Below, in pieces: positions 38,356-51,974 of a stretch of DNA of 64,000 nt. Numbering within the stretch: the stretch's first letter is position 1; each line of letters begins with the position of its first letter. The translations under genes and the position numbers were made by a program. The DNA comes from Moniliella sp. 'wahieum' (lineage: Eukaryota), in contig RSEE01000019.1 of NCBI GenBank assembly GCA_003971905.1, positions 248,001-312,000 of the forward strand. Reading direction: 5' to 3'. A model generated the notes under the pieces. That model did no database searches. It was not told the origin of the DNA and was given only the letters and a program-made list of their open reading frames with translations.

Positions 38356-41300
38356 ATGGCCCCGGGTGCACGCAGCTTTCCGTCCTGGGCCCGATGGCGC
38401 CATCCAGGTCCGCACTGTCGGCGCTCGCCGCGGTGGGGGCAGGGTGGAGGTGCGCCAAGCCGCGGGCGTGGGCGTGGGCGTGGTGGCGGCGCGTCTCCCG
38501 CAACCGCCGCCGGCACCCCCACTGTCTGGCCTGATGTGCCTGCGCCTGTGATTGACCCTGACCAGGAGGCTCCAACGCTGCCCCAGCTACACCAGTGGTG
38601 GCTCCACCATCTTCAAGCTCGAGCTGACGAGTCCTACAATACCTTTGGCCACTCGTCTAGCTACGGTAGGGCCAAGTCCACCCTGCAGAACCACGTCAAG
38701 GTGTGGAAGAAACACGCCGACTATGATCGCATCCTCGCCACCCCTGACGCGTGTGGCGCCAAGATGAAGAATGTCCCAGATGGTTATGGCCCACTTCATG
38801 CTGAACAGCTGATCCGCCTTAGTAATTTTGGCGAAAAGACTGTGGGCGAAATGGAAGCGGTTACCAGCGAGGGTATATCTCCAACGACTGGGACCCGCCC
38901 CCTTCCTCGGGCTTGGCAAAGTCTGGCACACGTGGATCTTATTCAGGGCGAAAGCGAGTTATTGAACAGCCTCTAGACCCGAACTCCTCCCCACCCCAGC
39001 AGCCTCCCCGCCAGGGTAGCTCCCACACACGCTGCCGCGGGCAAAAAGCGCAAACCCCAACATACCGAAATCGAGGACGCGGCCCAGGACCTAGGCAAGG
39101 AATCGACTCGCAAGAAGCGCAAGTCGACAAAAGCTTACATCCCAACGCTTGGTTCCGGGGGGTACGGGATTATGCTTGCTCTTTGGTCTCACACGGCTGA
39201 CGCTGAGCGCTTCGGCACGGCCGCGTTGGTGGGCGAGGGTGCTGGTGCTGCCCTCCTCAACGATGATGATGAGACGGACGAAGAAATGGGAGAAGGAGAT
39301 GAGGTGATGCTTACCAAGAATGAGATCATTGCTGATGGTCAACGTTGGTGCACCGCTGACTATGTGTTGGGAAGCACGGGTGCCGCAGGCGATGCTGAGG
39401 TCGCTGGCCGCATGGGCCGGAGGAACGGTCGAGTTGCTTTTGCCAATGGGGGGCAGTTCACTTTCACTCCTTGGAATAACATTAACACCCTCAAAGAGAA
39501 CGAGTATGTGTACGAGATCCGGTCTCGACCTGCCAAATATTGTCTCACCGCCGAGGGCATGGTTGTCGCCCGTGCTTTGGCCCAGCATGCCAAACTGCGG
39601 AGGATTAACGAGCGCAAGCAGATGGAAGCGGAAGAGGCAGCCCAGCGAGCAGCCCAAGAGAAGGAGGCTGCGAAGGAGGCAGCCAAGGAGGCCGCTAAGC
39701 GAGAACGTCTTGCCAACCGGAAAGGTCCAACTAGGCGAAAGGAAAAGGGTATGAGGCCAATTGGGGACATCAACGATTCTTCCTCAGACGACGGTCTGGC
39801 GTTAGAACCCCCACCTACGCTGAGCATGGCCCAGCACCGACCACGATCATTCTTGCCTGAAGATGACTCACCCCCCACCCCCTCGTCCTGAGCCCAGCTT
39901 CCGCCCGACTCGGGCACCTTCTCGATCCCACTTGTCCTCTTCCCCCCCTGTAACCCCCGCTGCTCCCCATGAAGCAGTAAGGCCATTGGTTGCACCACTC
40001 ACAGGTAGGGAGGAAGCTGCAACTACCGCGTTTCCCTACACCTATCTTTCTCGCACCGGTGCCGAAACGTTGGAGAGGGCGGGGGCGCTTACGCGTCTGC
40101 GTGATTCCGACTACACCCCCATCTTCTTGATTCGCTTCCCTGTAAATCTTAAGGCTCAACTCGTTTCCTCTGGTATCATCGAGGCGCCACACATTGACCC
40201 TTCCTCTCCTGACTTTGTACGGGCTTGGATCACTCGCGACTCATCCCTCCCTATCGCCTCTGGATTAGAAGGGTGCCCTCGTCGCGCCTCCGCACCTTCT
40301 GCCTCTGCCACCATCGACCTCCTCTCCGACTCGGATGAGGAGCCTTCCCCTCTTCCCCAATTGGAACGACCAGGAAAGCACCGTCTACCGCGCCCGCCTG
40401 CCAGGCAGGAGCGAGTCAGATCTCAGACAGCAACGGCAATGCCACCGCACCTGGGCGCGCATCAAAAGCGACTCTTGTTCTTCCGCCCCAGCTCAGGCGT
40501 GCGCCACCAACGAATGTGACTATTGAGCTAGACGATTCGGATGAATCAGACGAGTCGCATATTCTGCAAGGTGCATCCGCTGTGCCCGCGCGGCCGGCAC
40601 CCCACACTTTTGGATCAACCTTTCGTCTTGTCTCTCCTCCTTCTGGGAGCAGCAGGGGTCCCACAACCGAGCCCGAAGATTTCCCTCCTGCCGAATCTGA
40701 CAGGCGCGACTCGCAATCCCAAGCACTTACCATTGCGGCGGGGAGGCTTCTCAGTCGCAGTTGCAGTCGCAATCCCAGTCCCAGCGCCCTAAGGCCTAAG
40801 CGTGTTGCGCGGCCCATACCTGGGACGGAATGACGATTCCCAAGGTACCACCTTACCGATGGAAACACAAGCCACAACACTTCCCCCACGTCAGAAGATG
40901 GTGGAAGCACGAAGCGTCGCCCACAGACCTATCGTGCCCCTCGAAAAGCGTGCACGGTTATCCAACATTGTCCCCCCCCCCGCAATCGGAATGAGCTGGC
41001 ACAACGCGCTGGTACCTCGAGGGGAAGCAGCGTTGGCTGACCAGGGTGGCTCTAGTCGCACGCGGACTGACTGTGCTCCTGTCGAAGGGGGTGGTCCACA
41101 AGCCTACCGCCCACCGAGTTTGAGCCAATCGTATGGCCCAAAGGCTCATTTGATGTGTTCTTGGTCATGGACCATCGCGAGGTACTGGTCAAAGGCGCCA
41201 GTGCGGACCAGGCCCGTGCTGCCGGTGGGCCAACTGACTTTGAAACAGCGTTGCGGGAACGGCATGGTGTGGCCACGCTCAGCCGTGCCCTGAGCCTGGG

Positions 41301-42188
41301 GGATGCGCTGTGGGTGGCTCGGGACAAGAAAGACCCTTCGAGGGAGGTGGTTCTGGACTTTATTTGTGAGCGGAAACGCATGTCCGACCTTCATATCTCC
41401 TCCGCGATGGCCGGTACGAAGAGCAGAAGTTCCGCCTCGCCCAAACGGGGCTCTCACATGTTCTGTATGTGGTGGAGGGATCAGTGGCCCAACTGTACGG
41501 TGCCAATGCCCCTGCCGCTGCAAGCGGAAGAAACGTAGCCTCGAGTCAGTCCAGTCGTCAGGCTCTGATGACTGCTGAATCCGAGCTCCAGCTGCTGGAT
41601 GGGTACTTTGTTGACACACGCCCGATCCCGCACGGTCAATCGAGTACTATGCGCGGATGCACAATGTCATTACAGACTTGGTGGCGGTACGTGCGCTTGT
41701 TGTTATTGTTTGTGGACAGAGCTGACGAGAAGCGGGAGCAGAATACGGATCTGCATGAGCTTCCATCGGAAGTGATCAGCCGATCCTCCTACCTTTCTTT
41801 GCAAACCTATCTCCGCCAACGGGAGCCGGACCGGGTGTACCTCACATCGTACAAGGATCATGTGCGGCTGAATGGCAAGTCGGCCAATAAGTGTGTACGG
41901 GATGTGTGGACGCAGATGCTGTTGTGTCCGTGGCATCTCTGCCGAGAAGGCGGCCGAGATGCTGGATCACTATCCGACCCCGCACGCGTTTTGGCATCGC
42001 CTCCGCCAAGAGCAAGAGCAAGAGCAAGGCGCAGACGAGCGGACGGGGCGGGAGGCGGGGAAGGCGCGACGTGCACCATCTGAACGAGGCCGCACCTTCC
42101 TCCAGCGCACCATCCAGCGCCCGAGCGGCGCAGGCGGCTGGGGGAGGGGCTGTCGGCCAGGATGTGGGACCTGTTCATGGAGGAGTGA
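38356..42188 (+). CDS. MUS81: Crossover-junction endonuclease Mus81; intron about 41687-41740, frameshifts
   Basis: Winged-helix YIPTLGSGGYGIMLAL..FTPWNNINTLKE..YCLTAEG; ERCC4 domain LVMDHRE..LGDALWVAR..VLDFICERKRMSDL..RDGRYEEQKFRL; HhH GISAEKA..YPTP. Confidence 0.92.
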
Positions 42189-42889
42189 CAAGAGGGGCGG
42201 TGGGAGGGAGGGTGGATGGATGCTGGTGGCGGATGGAGCAATGGCAGTGGGCCGCGTAGCGCATATGTGTGATGGATGCTGTGACAGACAGACCGCGCAG
42301 GCACCAGGCCCACCCGAGCCGAGCTCCTCCCGCCAAATAAGGGGCGAGCTGCGGGCGTCGGAGTTGGGCGGTCGGACCGCGGTTAGCTTCCTGAGTGCAT
42401 ATAGACAGCGGCTATATAAAAGGTGGTCGGTGCTCCCGCTCTCCTGTTACATGTTACACGCGCCCACACCGGCCCCTGCACCGCCCTGCTGGTGGCCCAC
42501 CGCCATCCCCCTGTCCTCCCTCATCCAGCGCCACGCCCATGGTGGTGCCTCTGCGCAAGCCTGTGCCCACCAGCCCATATCCTCCCCTTCACCCGACGCC
42601 TCGCGCCCCTCCACCCCCCACAGCGTGCGACAGCTCACAGCGTTCCGGTCATGGTGAAGCATCCGTTGAGCGCAACCTTCCGTCAGCGAACATCCGGTCC
42701 CGCTCGCTACGCCAGCGTCTTTTGATTGGAGCAGAGCAGGTCTTCCGACGGGCACCGAGCATAGTAACAGCGCCCCTAACGTCCTTCTCCCCCTTTCCGT
42801 GCCCCCTCCTTTCGCCCTCTCCCTCCTCTGCTCAGCCCCCGCTTCCCGTTGGGCACGACAGAGGACACCCCACGGCGCACCCCGCAGAA

Positions 42890-44994
42890 ATGGACCCGGC
42901 AAAGGTGTCCTCTTTACCTTCCTTCCCTCACTCCGCCAGTCTTAATCCTATGCATGATGTGCAGATGCCGCACGGGCAAGCCATACAAGCTCCCACCGGC
43001 ACCTTCCTCCCTTCACCGCAGCAGTGGCATCGTACATGCCAGTGTCTCTGCTTGGAGATCATCATCCTGATGATGAGCTTGAGGGAAGACCCCGGGAACA
43101 GAATCGGTCTCAGGGTCTGTATGACCGCTCTAACTGCGGCGACGGTGAAAGCGAACATATAGGAGTCCATGGTCCCATTCCGGAAGATATTCCCACCCCC
43201 CTGATTCGCTTTTGCGCCCATCTTCCCGCGCTAGTATTTCGGACAATTCTTCGTTCTCTCCCTTACTACCGTTGTACAATCCAAGATCCGTTGAAGAACC
43301 CATGCTCGCCGACCTGCTCCCATCTACTACTAATGTCGAGCAAGGGTCTATGGTTTCGTCGTCGGAGCTGGATCAAAGCCTTCTCGATTCTCTTCTAACC
43401 ACTACCCCCTCTCATGCTTCCTCTTCCACGCCTGGGCACTATTAGACCGGGGATTGGATACTCTGAGCTCTGCAGGCTTACCTCGAGAGCCACCGCTTAA
43501 CACAACCTTCCATCAACCACGGCACCCATCATTTGACGCTGGTGTGGCACCACACAATCCTCCACCCTCACATTCTCCGGTTGTTCCTGGCATGGGGAGA
43601 TGTCACCTCCCCGGCACCCTCTCCCAGGGGAGACGGTCTGGTCGTCGGCCCAAGCATACTGTGGCCCGTCGGCGGGCAGTCCAGTACCCCAAATCTTTGC
43701 TCCGGCAGATCCCTTTGTGGCTGCCAGACCGCCTTCCTGGGCTGAAGTGGAACCGAGCGTTATGTCCACTGGCCCACTCTCTCCCTTCAAGCCAAGGGAG
43801 GCAGCAACAGCGACGCCTCCAACAGCCGTACACATCATTCCCAGGGCAGCCGTCCCACGCCAGCCACAATCAGGAAGAGAGGCGCAGATCGGCGGCTGAT
43901 GAGTACGTTGCGCCCCGCGACCCCTCCCCCTCCTTTTAAGCGCCAGCCCCCGGTGAAGGCAGACGATACCGAGGAGTTGGCAGCGCAGATTGCGCATTCC
44001 CAAGCCGTGGCCTATTTTGCGGAGCGAGGATGGAGCTGGTCTCCGTCTGTGTCCGCCGAACTGCCTCACGTTCCCGATGAAGCACGCGCAGGTCGTCCTC
44101 GCCTTGCCAGGATGTCACTCAAGAAGCGAATGCCGTCGATAAAGACCATGGTCACCCGGGGTCTGCCCCACCCACCGGTTCGCAATTCATCTATTGTGGT
44201 CTTGAGGCGGCACCCAAGGTTGAAGACCAGCACCAAGGCACCACAGTCGTTGAAGTTGACGATCCAAATCATGGGAGTGGTAGCTTTGATCAACGGTCCC
44301 GCCCATTTCGTCGCTCCGTATCATCTACACTCATTCGTTCCGTGTCGCTGGGGCGCTACAGGCGCCACTCCAGATCAAGAAGCATGGGTGATGAACTTTC
44401 CCGGACCCAAGCAGCCTCTCGCTCTGACCGCCCTGCCAGCTCATCGTTGGCCCCAGGAGAGCTCCGGCCTAAGCATGCGTCGGCCCGTAGAAAAACAGCA
44501 AGAGCGTCCCGAGCCCAAGCAGGCCAACACAACTCTCTTGCATCTGCGCAAAACATGCCATCCTCCTGGGCACGGCGGAACCATGCTCGGTCCAAGGTCG
44601 AAGGGCGGACAAGTCCCACCACACCGACGAACACCGACCTGGTGTCCCACCCGTCTCTCTACCGAAATACGTATTAGGCATGATCCCGTTCCCCACCTCT
44701 CATCACTCTCCGCATCAGTCGGCCCCCAGCAAGTTTAACCATGCCCTCTCCCATCCTCTGCACGTTTCCTCTGGTGATCCGCATGCCTCCGCTCCTCCGG
44801 AGGGCGTGACAACGGGACAGGTGCACAACAAAGACGAGGCTACTCTGGACCGGAGCAAAGCGAAAGAAACTACATTTCCCTCCGAGGTCCGGGAAAGAGC
44901 TACCAAACCGCCATCTCCCTCTCGTCCCGCTTTCCCTTGGTCGCGGCTGCGACTTCGCCTGTCGAGCCGCCGGGGGAGTAACGGAGAGGCATAG
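42890..44994 (+). CDS. Hypothetical low-complexity protein (fragmented by frameshifts)
   Basis: TATATAAA at about 42413, pyrimidine-rich leader, chain of coding-like + strand ORFs; no recognisable domain. Confidence 0.4.
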
Positions 44995-45176
44995 ATTCCG
45001 CCCCCACCTCGCCGTTGCCTCATCTTCATGCGCCTACCCCCTCCTCTCGCTAGCGGCGCCCAGTATAAAGGCATTCAGGATCCAGCAATGTGGGTTCGGA
45101 TGGAACTGTCCATTTTGGGGAGTTGGGGGTGTGGAGCGGGCAAACCTGTGATGGCAGAAGAGGGGCTGCCAGCCCC

Positions 45177-45638
45177 TCAGCCAAGGAAGTTGATGACAAA
45201 GAAGTGAAGGATGACCGAGGCAAAGACAAATCACCAAAGGCACTATGCAACCCCCCGTATGTTAGCTCCCATCGATCATAGTCATATAGGTGGGGACATA
45301 CCGCTCAGGAGAGATGGTGTGGTAAGTGTCTTGGTTGGCGGGGTTGGCCTGCATCCGCAGCGAGGCGCCAGCACGAACTGTCCCACCGTCGCAGAGAAGC
45401 CAGCGAGGAAGGAGTTGAAGGGGAAGTTGGTGATGGCCACTGCATACGCGAACTGCAGTGCGCCCGAGAGCATAAGGAAGACGAGGAAGCTGTCGACGAG
45501 CTTGAGTTTGCGCGGAGTGTTTTGGTGGTACGAGGTGAGGAGCGTGGCGAGCGGGTTGCTGGTGGCCTTGGAGGACGTGGGCGCAGGCGGGCGCAGGGGC
45601 GCGCTGGCCGCAGCAGCGGAGCGGGAACGAGGAGCCAT
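45177..45638 (-). CDS. OST2: Oligosaccharyltransferase subunit Ost2/DAD1; intron 45243-45301
   Basis: TPRKLKLVDSFLVFL..QFAY..FPFNSFLAGF...VGQFVL..LRMQ..ISPER|AFGDFVFASVILHFFVINFLG* (two 1-bp shifts). Confidence 0.93.
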
Positions 45639-47445
45639 GGGACTGGAGGTGGTGGTTGCGGGAGGCGGAGACGGGGGGCGGAAAGGTTGGGTTGGGTTGC
45701 GGGAGGCGATGCCCCGCGAAGGCTCTGCGCCACGTGGAGCCTCGGTAGGCGTGGCCAGCTAGTCAGATCGGGACTGTCCTGTTCCAGACAGCGCCTACGC
45801 GAATCACGTGCCAAGCGTCCTATCCCCTGCACGTGACGCCTGACGCCCCTGGCGGTGCCTCTCCCTCCTCCCGCCCGTACGCCGCTTTTGTTTGGCGGCT
45901 ACTGTGGGTTGGTGTATGACCGCTGGGAGTACAGACCGATGCACGAACGCTGCTCCCCACCTTCAAGGCGTAGCAGCTTCACCCGGTCGGTAGCACGCTA
46001 TGGCTCTGCCTCCACCCTCCATCAGCCATCTATCTCCATCATGCATCATGAATCATTGCATCCTGACGGAGGCGGCACAGACCTGCATCTGTGCCGAGCA
46101 CGCCGCGTTTGGAAGAGAGAGAAGCAACCCTAAGCCTTGGCCAGCCAAGTTTCGAGAGAGTTTGCCATTTCGGGCTCCAGCTCCAGCTCAGCGCGAGCTC
46201 CAGTATGTATATACAGACTGCTTATGCGCTTACGGAGGCTACGCGTTGCGAAAGGCCGACCCACTGCGCGATGTGGCGAGAGCGCGCTGAAGAACGTTCA
46301 CACCGCGCCTCGTACCCTCTATGCTGAGGAACAAGTATCACAAAACCCAAACCATCAACGATGGGGAGCGAGATGGATTGGGCACCCTCCTGCCCCCGGC
46401 CGCGACGAAGATGAAGTCAACAGAAGGGGTCTTCTTTTTTATTGCGGTCTGAGATCTGACGTAATAAGAGATGTTCCTTGATACTATAAGTCTTTCCTCG
46501 GCGCGCATCAAGCCATCATACTGCGTTCTCAGCAGGAACAGCGCTGTCAGCGCTCAGCGCAGCGAGCACTGGGTCTGCCAACCATATCGACGAACACATG
46601 TGAAGGTGAGGAGAGGGAAGCATGAGAAAGCAGACAAAAAAGTATAAAAGGAGGAATGAATTCAAGATCTGGCGTTTTCCTTCTCCCCCATCAACATATC
46701 AGCTCCTTCAGGCTATCGCGGAGAGGTGGGGCCCATCCCGCAGTTGGCTCAATCCCGGCTGTCGATGCCATTCAACGTCTGTTCCAACCAACCACGCGCT
46801 TCCAAATACAAAGGTAAGCCCAATATCCATTCTCTTCTTATGATGCGCTTTAAATAGCCTGTTCCCTCGAGAAGCCTTGCTATACACATCGCAACGTGTG
46901 CAAGGCATCAAAGGCCGACAACTATTTTTATTCAGAGCCTGATCCACTTCCTCTGCTGCAACATTCGTGATCGTGGCGAGCACGGCCACTGACATTGACT
47001 CTGTTTTCTTAAGATGCTGTACTCTCCAACCTCTTCATCACATTGGCAGCCCCGATTTGACATGTGGCTTCAAACTCCCACTCACTCTCCACATCAAGTC
47101 TCATATACCCCGATGAGTAGGGATACTTTTCACGATATGGAAAACACGCACATGTACCCAGTATACCTACTTTCTGTTGTTCAAGTCCTTGAGGACATAA
47201 GTCGACCTTATGTTCCGTTGAGAATCCTTATGCATATGCCCACAATCTCGAATGGAAGTGTTGACTTAATAGCTTGAGATATCGATCGCATCGTTTATCC
47301 AATGGGTTTGAGAGATATAATAACCGCAATATTGAGTTGGAAGTGTAGCAAGTAGAAGCCCAAAGGGGTGTAGACTAGTCCGGACTGTAGGCCAAAGTAA
47401 CAGACAATATGTGATTCTCAAGAGATCACCAGTAGTACACTGTAA

Positions 47446-47529
47446 GCCTCGCTATTTCAATCGGTAGAATTTGAGACTCTTATTAAGAGGTCCATCTCAC
47501 GGTTGTGGGTTCGAGTCCCACGTGGGGCG
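47446..47529 (+). tRNA. tRNA-Lys(CTT) with short intron
   Basis: Acceptor GCCTCGC/GTGGGGC, anticodon arm TGAGA-CT-CTT-A-[intron]-A-TCTCA, T-arm GTGGG-TTCGAGT-CCCAC, T-rich terminator; D-stem atypical. Confidence 0.85.
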
Positions 47530-48006
47530 TTTCTTTTGGTATCGAGCTCAATCTTGGGGCGCCATTTCTAATGCGGTGTAACATGTGATGTGAATATGGA
47601 ATGCTCAGTGGCCCGGTGGCCTGATTCCAGACTACTGGCGGGAAGCGCTCAAGCGATAATCGATAATCGATAACCTGGAGAGCTAAAGGATGTTCCTGTC
47701 GATCTGTTGCTACATGCTGTTCCTCGCCCGGATGCCCTGCCGCTTGCAGGACTCGACTCTGCCGGCCGGCTGGGATGCGAAAGTGGGCAGATTGACATGC
47801 ACAGTGATTGTTCCGCCCCATGCGGAAGAGGTTAATGAATTATTTCTAAGCTGTCCCCCATGGTGCATGGGGCAGTGCACGGCAAATGCTGGTGCCGGGC
47901 GGCAGTAGGGTTTGGTCTCCACCAGTGCGTTAGGGCCTGTAGGGCGTGGGCTCATCGACTGCTACCTCCCACACCACCCTCTTCGCTTCCTTCGTCCGTG
48001 TCCGCC

Positions 48007-48510
48007 ATGCTCTCCGGTGTCGTCCGCTCTGCCGTCGTTGCGCGTGCTGTCACCCGTGCTGCCCTCCCGCCGCCCGCCGTCCTGCGACCTGTGCGTACTT
48101 TTCTGGCCTCATTCCCCTTGCTCTCTCTCCCTGGCCGCCCCCCCTGACCCTCCCTTCTTTCCAGTGTTCGTGCGCAACTACTCGCTCACCACGAGGAGGA
48201 GACGTACGAGGAGTTCACTGCCCGCTACGTCAAGTTCTTCGGTGAGGCCGAAGACCTGTTTGAGGTCCAGCGTGGCTTCAACAACTCCTTCTCCTACGAC
48301 CTCGTTCCCTCTCCCGAAGTTGCTGAGGCCATCATCCGTGCCGCGCGCAGGGTCAACGACTACCCTACTGCGGTTCGTGTCTTCGAGGCACTCAAGGCTA
48401 AGGTGGAGAACAAGGAGCAATACCAGCAGTACCTTGACGTCCTGGAGCCTGTGCGTAAGGAGCTTGGCGTTACTCTCAAGGAGGAGCTCTACCCTGATCC
48501 TGCCAAGTAA
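48007..48510 (+). CDS. COX6: Cytochrome c oxidase subunit Va (yeast Cox6); intron about 48091-48164
   Basis: Arg/Ala-rich presequence; ETYEEFTARY..DLFEVQRGFNNSFSYDLVPSP..RAARRVNDYPTAVRVFEALKAKVENK..ELGV.LKEEL. Confidence 0.95.
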
Positions 48511-49177
48511 ATTTCTTCATCTCAATGTTCCCGCCTCTTGCGTTTCAGTTGAGCAACCCAAGAAATACCAGGCATGACAATTGCAATCATCCATCTCAAC
48601 AGCGTACTCTCTGTGTGTACGACCGATGCAGGGGGCCAGCAGGGCCATGTAGGAACTAGTAATAGACCCAGTCGAAATTCAAGTGCTATGTTCACACCTT
48701 GTACCAGCATACAACTTGTAGGCCCTGCGGCCAAAACTGGGCTGACCAACTACAGATGAGATGATCGATGATTGCCAAAACATTATTGCGTTAATCGTGC
48801 TTTTGGACCAAAATCTGTGTGCGGGAGCAGCCAGGTGCAGCAGACATAATATGGCTGTCCCGTATTATAAGTTGGTATAGGCTCCGCCGGGATTATAATG
48901 ATGGTTGGACAGGGACAAACACTTAGGCGGTCGCCCTCATCCGGCCCCAAGGACGCCCGCCTTCATGCCCGACAATCATTCGCTACTACTCCACTCTGTT
49001 TGCTCCTTCTGGATACTCGTCTCTTCACGAACAAGTATGCCTATCCTCTCTGGCTGAGTTACTTTCGGGTTACGCATTGCGGCGGCGCTGACGGCTCAAA
49101 CTATAGAGCGCTGGATGCGCCTCATCATCTGATATTCTCTTGCTTCACTAGGAACGAAATATCTGAATTGCTGACGC

Positions 49178-51498
49178 TTAGCGGGTCGAGATGACGGCCA
49201 CGTCCCAGCTTTGCACCTGGTGCGACACCGGGTCTGGTGCAAAGAGATCAAGAACGGGCAGCAGGACAGCACGGGAATCCACCATGGACTGCACCTTCTC
49301 CCAGTCGGTCCGTGTCGGGACAAGCACACGCACCTCGCTCCACTTCTTATCGGAGGTAAGGCGTGCCAGGCTTGTGGGCGAGCTAAGGCGCACCAACTCC
49401 ATACGATAATGAGAGACAGTGTGGCCACCATAAGTGCCCCGCACATCGTGCCATGCGTAACCGTCTTCCATCCCGGTTGACACATCAGCCTGGACCTTGG
49501 GAGGCTCATCGTCATCACTTTCATCCGGGTGGGCAGCCTTACTGGCGGCTTGAACACGTTCCACAAGGTCAGGGTTGGGTACGCCCGTATGAGCGAGCAC
49601 CTGCCATTCGATCCGGGCATTCGAGGGAGCGCCGTTGATGGAAGGACTGCGTAGAGGATGGGAGGCGATAGATCCCCGCGTTGAGTTTGGCCCATCCAAG
49701 AGGCATGCCAAGCATCTGCAGCTACTTGCTCTGGATCGGGCTCCTCTTCATCCGATGTGGTGGCCATGTGACCCCAGACCGCTTGAGCCGCCTCGGCCAA
49801 GGCGCGGGCCGAAGCATACTCATTTTGAGGCAAAGACGACGTAAGTGCGTCCTCCGAAAGGCGAGTCTGGGAAACAGGCTCGCCCTCCTGGTTGGTGATC
49901 CAAGCAATGCCGCCCTGCACAAAGTGTTGGTTCCCCCCTCCGGTGGGCTAAGGGGGCAGCCGTCAAGTCAACTAGGGCGGCGCGCAGGATGCGACGCACA
50001 TGTTGCAGTGCCAACACAGCTTGTCCTCCCGCCCCAGTGGGCACGACCATGGTTGCGGGCACCAAGGCAATTTGCCCAGCAATTGAAACTGCACCCGAGG
50101 CCGATACCACGGCCTGGGCGTACGGGCCGATGTTGGCTGGGGCCCAGTAGGAGCGGGACTGGACATGCAAGGCAGAGCGAGCATGTCGGTGGTCCTTTTT
50201 GCTTCCTCCATCGACTCGGCCCGTTAATGTCATCATAAGCCCTGCCTCGGTTGTGGAGGACGACGACGGAGGGCAATGCACGCCCGTGATGCCGGAGCAA
50301 CGCCAAATTGTTTGCCATACTCAGCGTTGAGGGATGCAAAATGGCTTTGGGACGAAAGGTAGACATTGACATGGTCAATCGCAATGATCTCCTTCGACTT
50401 CCCACCATGCTCGGGGGATTGAGGGGGGATGGGGACCATAGTTAGACCATGTTGGTGCAGAGCAGTCATGACTTGCTGAAAGGCGGCTTGGGCGGCTTGT
50501 GCCATGTCGTCCGCGTGACGGCTAACCACTGTGATGGTGCAGCAGCCCTCGTCCAGAGTCATCCTTGGCTTAGATGAGGTGGAGGACCAAGGAAGCATAT
50601 GAGCCGAAGGGTAATGTGGGGGAGGGGTAGAAGAGCTGGGAGGGAGACACAGAGACACTGCGGTGCTCAATTGGTCAAGGAGCGCAGGGCGCGGAATCGT
50701 CCCTTCTCCAAGCACTTTCCGTGCCATCGCAGCCTTCGAGGCGTCCTTGGGTACCAAGTAAGCCTCTCGCGCCGCGAGATAAGCCACATCGGCAATTCCT
50801 CCTGTATCCGTGTGCATGACGACCTTCGTTTCGCCCAGGTGGACTCTGCCTTTGATGTGCAATGGCGAATCAAGCGTCAAAGTCTCATACTCTCCCCCCT
50901 CTCCGGCAACGTGGGCACCGTACTGGCGTGCGAGCATATCCAGTTTAGGTCGGAGCATCCCCAGTGACTTGCCCAGGTCGCGCACACCCAGACCAGCACC
51001 AGCGACCTTGATCAAGACAGCGTCCAAGCCCGCGGCCACCATCTCGTTTACCAGTGTCGCTTGCGGCCGCTTCCACAGATACGCCAACACAGACAGTTTC
51101 AACCTTGAACAAACGTGTTCTACGCGCACCCGTTGGTAATTGGACTCTATCGCCCCCACGCTCACTGCATCGGCATCGGGGTGGTGAGCAAGAACTGTGC
51201 GGAGCAGACGCGCCAAATCCTCCGTCTCGTCCCCCTGGTCCCCTCCGGCATATTGAGCACCGGTATCGCGAGCTGTGCCGTCAATATGACCGCGATATAG
51301 TGGCAGGTCCATAGCGGCAGCAACCACATGGACCGCATCGTGTCCGGCCGTCTGATACATCCACGAGTCCATCTCGCCCGACTGGCCCTCGGGGGGAGCA
51401 AGGGTCGCAAGGCCAACAATTTCGTGTCCAGCAGCAACACAGTGCATCAGGTTGAAGCACGAGTCCTTCCCCCCGGACAACAGGCCGATGATCTTCAT
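49178..51498 (-). CDS. DPH6: Diphthine-ammonia ligase with C-terminal RidA/YjgF domains; frameshifts
   Basis: MKIIGLLSGGKDS, DSWMYQT, SNYQRVRVE, GEGGEYETL, LHVQSRSYWAPANIGPYAQ. Confidence 0.95.
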
Positions 51499-51875
51499 GT
51501 TGCTCGAGATGCCGTGTTGACGTGGATGGAGATGGGGTGAGTGGTAGTGGTAACCCATGCCGTAGTAGTCAGGGCAACGAAAATTCCGCAAATAAATGCC
51601 CCTACATTTGAAACGTTCAGCAGACGTCAGGCTCAAGCGCTGGCCAATCCTTCCTACCGCCGAGAACCTTGGAGGTCGTTCATCTTCCACGGGTAGCCCT
51701 TCCATCTTTACCATGGTGTTCGCACCGGCCATGGCCCAATACGACACAGTCGAATAAAAGTACAGATAATCCAGAGCACGACGTTTATAAACACACAACA
51801 GCCTCAATCTAGTGCCCGCCCTCTGGGCGTTTTTCGATTAATTGCAGGGGAGTGTGGGTTAGTGGACAAAAAATT

Positions 51876-51974
51876 GGGGCTCAGCGGGAATTGAACCCAC
51901 GACCACCTCTATTCGAACTGAAACCAGCCCGGGCACGTCCCGAAAGAGGCATGATACCACTACACCATGAGCCC
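51876..51974 (-). tRNA. tRNA-Pro(CGG) with intron
   Basis: GGGCTCA/TGAGCCC acceptor, CCTCT-TT-CGG-G-[intron]-T-AGAGG, GTGGG-TTCAATT-CCCGC, oligo-T terminator. Confidence 0.9.

Noticed and set aside
46700..47350. Possible gypsy RT relic upstream of tRNA-Lys (DLTCGF-like)
   Set aside because: Only one weak motif; cannot be supported without a profile search.
51499..51807. 100-aa N-terminal extension of DPH6 in the ORF track
   Set aside because: Homologues begin at MK..LLSGGKDS; the upstream part is non-coding-like and overlaps the likely promoter.
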